A DNA stretch of 62,741 nucleotides, counting the filler, from Klebsormidium nitens (taxonomy: Eukaryota > Plantae > Klebsormidiophyceae): assembly GCA_000708835.1 (NCBI GenBank). It is 6 parts of 6 records of this genome, joined end to end, with 100 filler letters (N's around TTAATTAATTAA, not from the genome) between each part and the next. Parts side by side here need not be neighbours in the genome. Positions count along the whole stretch, not along the records: positions 43,048 to 57,953 come from DF238028.1; positions 58,054 to 62,741 come from DF238481.1; 4 more parts are not named here. One strand, 5' to 3'. The notes under the pieces are model-generated. The model did no database searches, was not told the origin of the DNA, and was given only the letters and a program-made list of their open reading frames with translations. This document shows, piece after piece, positions 57,066 to 62,741 of the stretch. The position numbers and the translations under genes were made by a program. Position 1 is the stretch's first letter, and each line of letters starts with the position of its first letter.

Positions 57066-58132
57066 GGAGCGCGCCGGCCTGACGTCAATACTCGGGCAAT
57101 GCAAACGGCGTCGGGCGCTCCCGACAAGAGCGCTGATAGCATGACCCCGGCGACAGGATATCAGATAGGCCAGCTGTGATGCCGTCGGATGAGGTCAGGG
57201 TGCAGGTCTCGAGAATACCCAGAGCAAGCGCGCTTACCACAACTTGTTGGTAAATTATCGTTCTGTGCTCTGGCGACCTTGGGTTGGGGGGTTGAAGGGT
57301 CAGCCCTTGAAATGGGGGGTGGGGTTTGTTGGTATTCATTGGGATCAGCGGCGCTCTCCGGCGCACGTTGGGTCCAGATGAGTTGGACCGACACATTTGT
57401 TAGTGGTAGGCACGTCAAATGCTCCTGATAGATTCAGAATGCAATGCTGAGGCAAGGCAAGGTGATTCCGTGTCTAGATGAAGGCAGCGCGGCCATCCTA
57501 CCCTGTATGTTGATCGAGTCTAGGAAGATAAGTAGAACTAGTTAAGGTCAACACCATGTTGCCAGTGTGTTCAGTAGTCGGTTCTGCCAGAAGGAAGCCA
57601 TTCTGCAGGCCCAGCAGATGTAGGAAAGGTAGAGCAGCAGATGTGGCAAGGTAGTGAGAGGGGATAGACTAGCTTGTCTTTGAGTATGGCCCGCTTCTTG
57701 TAAGGCGGGGCTAGTACATGCAAAACGGATACGTGCAGTGTAATCTAAAGTAGGAAGACCAGAAGGTCTCATGTCCACGCGTTTGACTCAGAATATTCCA
57801 CGATTGTTTGTGCACGTTGCACATACGCATGCGCATAATCTGCAAAGCTTCGCCGCATGTGACTTACCGGCCTAGTGTTTTATAGTAGAATCCATACTTG
57901 ATACAGTCCGATCAGGCCTACCCATGTGGGCTGCTGCGCAATGCGCTGCACACNNNNNNNNNNNNNNNNNNNNNNNNNNNNNNNNNNNNNNNNNNNNTTA
58001 ATTAATTAANNNNNNNNNNNNNNNNNNNNNNNNNNNNNNNNNNNNNNNNNNNNTCCTAGATCTCCTCGAAATTTTCTCTGAATCTGCTCTATATCTTCTC
58101 AAAATCTAAGCGGTCGGGCGGACTCCGGGTCT

Positions 58133-59104
58133 GTGAAACGCATCTTCTCAGCAGGAAGTCGTGAAAACACCTCAGGCAGATTGGAGAAAGAGGAGTATCC
58201 GGTGCCAGACTTTGTCATAAAAAGAGACTTGTTCGTGGGAACATGCATACAACCCCAGAGGAGACCATCTGGTGAAGTGCAGCGCCTGATGGAGACAAGA
58301 GTGTGTCATCTGCAGGGGGCATCCCTAGGAGGCACTTTGTTCGGAAGAACGGCAGGATTTCCTCGGGTACAGAGTGCACTGCCACGGAGAGGAGGTCCTG
58401 TGATGACTGCGTCCAGACCCTTGTCAAAGTTGGTGCGGATAGTCGATCCAGAATCAGGCATTGAGAAGAAGGTCAAATTTCGCAACCAAGCTTCCTTATC
58501 AGATTACTTACGAAACAAGGGCATTGGATCTCTTCGTGAGATAGACTCAGAAGAAGCTCCTTACAGTGATGACTTTGACGACATACTTGATGGTCAAACA
58601 TACCTGTCCGATTCACAGAAACTGGAGAGTACAATTCAACTTGTTCGGCGTGAGCGGACCAATGTCATAAAAGGGGAAGAGGACGAGTTTGCAGAGGCAC
58701 TTGTGAAGCTGTTCAGTCAACGAGGGGTGTCTCTGAGAAACAGACCTGAACTCCGGACTCTTGCACAAAGGGAAGTGGATGCCGTGCTTGTGGGGAACAA
58801 TTGCGTCGTGATTGGATTCTGCTGCACCAAGCTGGACGAAGAAGAACTTCGAGATGCCTTCGACAAAGTCTCCGGAATTCTGAATCAAGCGGTCCTTGGT
58901 GATCCTGATCTGTCTTTCCTGCTGGTCGACAAGGTTTTTGTGACACAGATGGCTTCCTATATCCCACATGAGAAGCTGTCCAAGCTGGAGGAGTCCGCAA
59001 GGAAGAAGACGATCATGCTCGTCAAAAGGAATGGGAACAACTACTCCTTCAGAAGTCCTTCCCCTGTGCAAACGTTCAAGCGGCCAGCAGCACGGATAAT
59101 GTGA
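58133..59104 (+). CDS. Intronless hypothetical protein with a possible degenerate PD-(D/E)xK nuclease-like core
   Basis: EEDEF...REVDAVLVGNNCVVIGFCCTK resembles the E...D-x(8-12)-E-x-K pattern, but the last E/K pair is not conserved. Start codon uncertain. Confidence 0.45.
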   Translation: MKRIFSAGSRENTSGRLEKEEYPVPDFVIKRDLFVGTCIQPQRRPSGEVQRLMETRVCHLQGASLGGTLFGRTAGFPRVQSALPRRGGPVMTASRPLSKLVRIVDPESGIEKKVKFRNQASLSDYLRNKGIGSLREIDSEEAPYSDDFDDILDGQTYLSDSQKLESTIQLVRRERTNVIKGEEDEFAEALVKLFSQRGVSLRNRPELRTLAQREVDAVLVGNNCVVIGFCCTKLDEEELRDAFDKVSGILNQAVLGDPDLSFLLVDKVFVTQMASYIPHEKLSKLEESARKKTIMLVKRNGNNYSFRSPSPVQTFKRPAARIM

Positions 59105-59214
59105 CACAGGTAAGCGTTTCCACCCTCTGAGTGCAAACTAGGAAGCCTAATCAACATTTCCGCAATGTGTTAGCACTTAAAGGAATTGTGCAAAAGAAAG
59201 TAAAAGGGAGCAAG

Positions 59215-60027
59215 ATGGTTTGTTACAGGGATGGAAAGATTTATGTCATCAGAAACACGTTGAATGATTTGCTGTACATAGGAAGTACCACCGTCCCATT
59301 GTGCAAACGGATGACAAGGCATCGTTGTGATAGCAGGAAGGAAAGATGCAATTCTTCAAAATTCTACCAGGCCATCTCAAAGCTTGGTGAAGAACGCTTT
59401 TATATTGAGCTTTTAGAGAGGTGTCCATGTGAAAGTATTGAAGAGTTGAAACGCTATGAAGGACAGATGATTAGAAAGTTTGATACAGTGACGAATGGTT
59501 ACAACTCGGAAATTGCTGGACGTAATTCTGCAGAATGTAAGCAGGATGAAAAGGATAAGCTAAGGGGAAAGTATGAAGAAAGCGGGCGGGCTAAAAAGGC
59601 TGTATACTATCAGAAACATCGAGAGAAAGAACGAGCGAAGCAAAAGGTATGGCGGGAAAGTCATAAGGATCAGATCAAGGAAAAGAGCTTGGAGTACTAT
59701 GCTGCTAACAAAGATCTGATTGCTGAAAAGCAGAAATCTTACTCAGAGGCCAACAAGGAAAGAATTGCTGTCTATCGCAAGTTGTATCGCGAAGCAAACA
59801 GAGACAAGCTAGCCATGTACCGAAAGCAGAGATACCTGGAAAAGAAAGAGCAGCTTAAAGCTGCAAGCAAAGCGAACCATGAGAGGAATCGAGATAAGGT
59901 TCTTTCTAGAAACAAAGAACGGGTCAAGTGTTCAGTTTGTGACAAAGAGTTGACCAGACCATCTTTGCCTCGCCACATGAAAGCAGTACACAAAGACTTG
60001 TCTACAACTCAACAATCTCCTGACTGA
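59215..60027 (+). CDS. GIY-YIG endonuclease with a K/E/Y-rich helical repeat region and a C-terminal C2H2-like finger
   Basis: YRDGKIYVIRN...LYIGSTT..LCKRMTRH, YIELLERCPC...LKRYEG, NGYN, and CSVC..LTRPSLPRHMKAVH. Likely ATG at 59215. Confidence 0.88.
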   Translation: MVCYRDGKIYVIRNTLNDLLYIGSTTVPLCKRMTRHRCDSRKERCNSSKFYQAISKLGEERFYIELLERCPCESIEELKRYEGQMIRKFDTVTNGYNSEIAGRNSAECKQDEKDKLRGKYEESGRAKKAVYYQKHREKERAKQKVWRESHKDQIKEKSLEYYAANKDLIAEKQKSYSEANKERIAVYRKLYREANRDKLAMYRKQRYLEKKEQLKAASKANHERNRDKVLSRNKERVKCSVCDKELTRPSLPRHMKAVHKDLSTTQQSPD

Positions 60028-61255
60028 GTTGAGCAATCTTATTTATGCACTTATCAATCTGCTCACGCAAGTCTTTGATCTGCTGCAGCTTGGTGTTTTT
60101 CTGAGCCTCCTTCGCGGCCAGCTCTTCAGGGCTCGTGCTTATGTTGTAAAAAGCTTGGACGTCCACGCTATTCCCCATTTGATAGGCAAGCTCCTCGCGA
60201 GCTTTGATGCTAGGATTGGTAGCTAGGAATGCAGTGATTTTCAAATGGCGAATTGCATTACATCCGATTGACGCTTTCAGGACTCTTTTGAAGGTATCTG
60301 TGACACACTTAGAGAAGGTACCACTAGTGTAGGGATCTTGATTTGTGTTCTGGAACAGCCACTTTCGTTTATGTTCCATCATGCTTGTTTTTGTGATTTC
60401 AAATAGAACTCCCGTCAATTTCACCTCATACTTGTCATACGTCTTTGCTGTTTTGTAGTTTCCTATGCACATGTCTACATACTTGTTGCGTGTATTAACA
60501 AACATCTTGTTCGGCTCCTCAGAATGGTTGAAATCTGCCTGACTTTTTATGACCTCCATCTGACAGAAATCCTTAAGTCTGCGCGGAGGGATGATACTAT
60601 ACATGGCAACTAAAAGATGGTCTCTGCTTGCAAATTCATCTTTGCGTAATCGCTTCTCGCATTCCAGCACGTCTCTCCATTGAATCGGTTTGCCGTTCAG
60701 CATGATGCTAGCAACCTTCGGCGCATTATCTTTTGCTATCTCTTGTGCCGAACCTGCAGCAGACATCATGGCGTCGTAATATTTCTGTTGCACCGCATCT
60801 GTCACCTGCAGAGTAGTGTGCTTAATCAGCGAGACAAACGCTACCAAATATCCTGTGCGCGAATTCATGTTTGGGTAGCGATTCACTATGTAGTCTATTA
60901 CTTTGTCTGGCTGGTTGATAAGCTTTTGCATGTCGGTAGCCTTCAGGCACTTTGCTATGAAAGAAGTCTTGCGCACGTAGTCAGCCTGTGTGTCGGTTGC
61001 AAGATTCACGTTTGCATCGATCTGTCTCGAAGTATCTGCAACAGTGACAGTCTTTTCTTTGCCTTTACCTTTTGCTGCCCTCTTAGGTTTAGGTGCAGGC
61101 TTCGGAGCAGGTGGTGGTGGTGGAGTGGCAGGTGCGGGTGCGGGTGCTTTGCTTCTCGTCGCTCTACCTACCGCCGCCGCAGCACTCGATGGACCTGGCT
61201 CGTCATCGAGACTGATCACTTTACCAGCATTTCTTGATGTGCGTGTCTTTGCCAT
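60002..61255 (-). CDS. Tyrosine recombinase (viral/PLV type)
   Basis: MYSIIPPRRLKDF (R), NYKTAKTY (K), GCNAIRHLKIT (xxxR), LAYQMGNS and QAFY (catalytic Y). Confidence 0.88.
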   Translation of the reverse strand: MAKTRTSRNAGKVISLDDEPGPSSAAAAVGRATRSKAPAPAPATPPPPPAPKPAPKPKRAAKGKGKEKTVTVADTSRQIDANVNLATDTQADYVRKTSFIAKCLKATDMQKLINQPDKVIDYIVNRYPNMNSRTGYLVAFVSLIKHTTLQVTDAVQQKYYDAMMSAAGSAQEIAKDNAPKVASIMLNGKPIQWRDVLECEKRLRKDEFASRDHLLVAMYSIIPPRRLKDFCQMEVIKSQADFNHSEEPNKMFVNTRNKYVDMCIGNYKTAKTYDKYEVKLTGVLFEITKTSMMEHKRKWLFQNTNQDPYTSGTFSKCVTDTFKRVLKASIGCNAIRHLKITAFLATNPSIKAREELAYQMGNSVDVQAFYNISTSPEELAAKEAQKNTKLQQIKDLREQIDKCINKIAQLSQEIVEL

Positions 61256-61329
61256 CTTTCGTCTTTACTATATGGAAGATATATAAACTTCTGGTTCATT
61301 TCCCGCACAAATTATCTCATTAAAACTAA

Positions 61330-61569
61330 ATGGAACAGACGAAGGATATTTCTATTGACGAATACAAAGCTATGCACGCTTTGTGTTGCAAGTTCTACTA
61401 TAAGAATATTCCTGAGGAAAGAAAAGAGATCATGCGCGAAAGGCAGCGAACTCGGAATCGCGAAAAGTACCATAATGACCCAGATTATAGAGCGAGGGTC
61501 AAGAATTACATGCACAATTACTACGCTAAAAAGAAGGCAGCAGCATCCGCATCAGAGCCAGATGTCTGA
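61330..61569 (+). CDS. Small basic hypothetical protein (virus-like)
   Basis: ATG-started 79-aa ORF with REKYHNDPDYRARVK, divergent from the recombinase. Confidence 0.6.
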   Translation: MEQTKDISIDEYKAMHALCCKFYYKNIPEERKEIMRERQRTRNREKYHNDPDYRARVKNYMHNYYAKKKAAASASEPDV

Positions 61570-61648
61570 AGTGCTCGCGCCAAAAACTTTTAATTTTGTG
61601 ACAAATGAAAACCATTTAAAGAAATGACACCTAATATAAATAGTAAGA

Positions 61649-61981
61649 ATGGACATCGAAACGCTAACCGCTACTATAAAAGCATTTGCGCTGACCCAGA
61701 TTGCTGAACACATGGAGAAAGTCGGACAGAATCTGACTGCGTCAAAGCAAACCAAGAAGTACAAAGAAGATACAGAGTATGCTGAAAAACTTCGGACTGC
61801 TGCTCGCGAGCGTTTTCACAGACTCAACAAGGAAGAACGCGACCAGATTAATAAGCGAAGCAATGAACGCTATAAGACAGACCCTGAGTATCGCGAAAAA
61901 AAGAAACAAAAGGCAAAAGAAAGATCAGCGAAGGTTCGTGAGGAACGCAGGGCAGCAAAGGCAGCCGCTTCCCAGAAGTAA
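61649..61981 (+). CDS. Small basic coiled-coil hypothetical protein (virus-like)
   Basis: ATG-started 110-aa ORF with ERYKTDPEYREKKKQKAKER. Confidence 0.65.
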   Translation: MDIETLTATIKAFALTQIAEHMEKVGQNLTASKQTKKYKEDTEYAEKLRTAARERFHRLNKEERDQINKRSNERYKTDPEYREKKKQKAKERSAKVREERRAAKAAASQK

Positions 61982-62046
61982 TTTACATTCCCTTTTTTGA
62001 CCAAAATGCAAACTACTTAAAGACAATTCATTTTTTCTGTTCACAT

Positions 62047-62741
62047 ATGGATACCCCGGCGGCACTATTTTGTCTCCCGGGCAAGTGTATGCACAACTTT
62101 TGAAAGAAAACCTCTTCTTAAAGACCGGCGCAAAGTCGTTCCGTTACTTTTATTACGCCGGGGGAAACAAAGAAGGTCGGTTCGACTATTTCTTGAAACG
62201 GTTTGGCAGTTCCTCTGATCAGCCCGACTTCGTGGAAGAGTGTGAATGCACTCATTGGATCAAAGAGAATTGCTACGTGGAGTATATGCCCGACGACGTG
62301 CGATGCAAACCACCCAAACTGTTTGTGGTCGGGAATTGCTGCATCTAAAGTTTCTGCCTCGTGACAATCAGGGCAAGACCTGTTCAGACTGCCGTATGCC
62401 GCACAAGAATCGCAAAGACAACTACTGTACCCCCTGCCGCGAAAAGCGCGACGGTCGCCGCTGTAACGAGTGTGGCGAGAAACAAAGGAAGAGTGAGGTA
62501 GGCTACTGTCCCGACTGCCGGGCAGCTTTCGGCCGTCGGATGTTCGAGAATCGGATGAAGGAGATTGCGCAGATTGCCCGCCGTCCGATGGACATTAATG
62601 AGTACATGCCACGGAAAATCGACCGCGACACGAACCCCGACGAGATTGACGTACGTCCGAAGTATGTACCAGAAGCCTCAAATTGTGTTTGGCCAATGGG
62701 CAAGTACAAGGGTAGGTTTGTACACGAGATTGAAGAGAATT
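62047..62741 (+). pseudogene. Cys-rich Zn-finger protein, frameshifted at about 62346, runs off the window
   Basis: CECTHWIKENCYV...VVGNCCI[shift]KFLP...KTCSDCRMPHKNRKDNYCTPCR...CNECG...YCPDCR...WPMGKYKGRFVHEI. Confidence 0.7.

Larger units (their letters stand above)
59131..62741. mobile_element. Left part of a putative endogenous DNA virus (Polinton-like virus, virophage or NCLDV-derived)
   Basis: Abrupt change to AT-richer, intronless, tightly packed ORFs (two overlap tail-to-tail by 26 bp). Contents are a viral-type GIY-YIG, a tyrosine recombinase and a Zn-finger gene. Continues beyond the window. Confidence 0.7.

Overview
Eukaryotic, intron-rich, scaffolded DNA with six N-gaps. It is most likely a charophyte green alga such as Klebsormidium; this is inferred from gene content and intron style, not verified. 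No rRNA, tRNA or CRISPR was seen. In order: (1) 1-4792, a decayed Ty3/Gypsy retrotransposon whose pol frame carries a DNMT3-like cytosine methyltransferase before RT/RNase H and a PHD finger after the integrase; (2) 6462-13381, a 10-exon DDE transposase-like gene (DUF6729-type) that I could splice by hand; (3) three diverged PIF/Harbinger nucleases, one with its Myb/trihelix partner and one facing a JmjC-like ORF fragment; (4) damaged host genes, including seryl-tRNA synthetase, PsbP-domain PPD1 and unknowns; (5) an apparently intact CASTOR/POLLUX/DMI1-family channel gene of at least 13 exons; (6) from about 59130 to the window end, a compact intronless block (GIY-YIG nuclease, tyrosine recombinase, small basic ORFs, a frameshifted Zn-finger gene) that looks like the edge of an endogenous DNA virus (Polinton-like, virophage or NCLDV). 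Two cross-cutting patterns stand out. Mobile elements here appear to carry chromatin writer, reader and possibly eraser modules. Two unrelated host genes contain tandem degenerate copies of their own exon edges inside introns. All family assignments come from motif recognition by eye; no searches were run.
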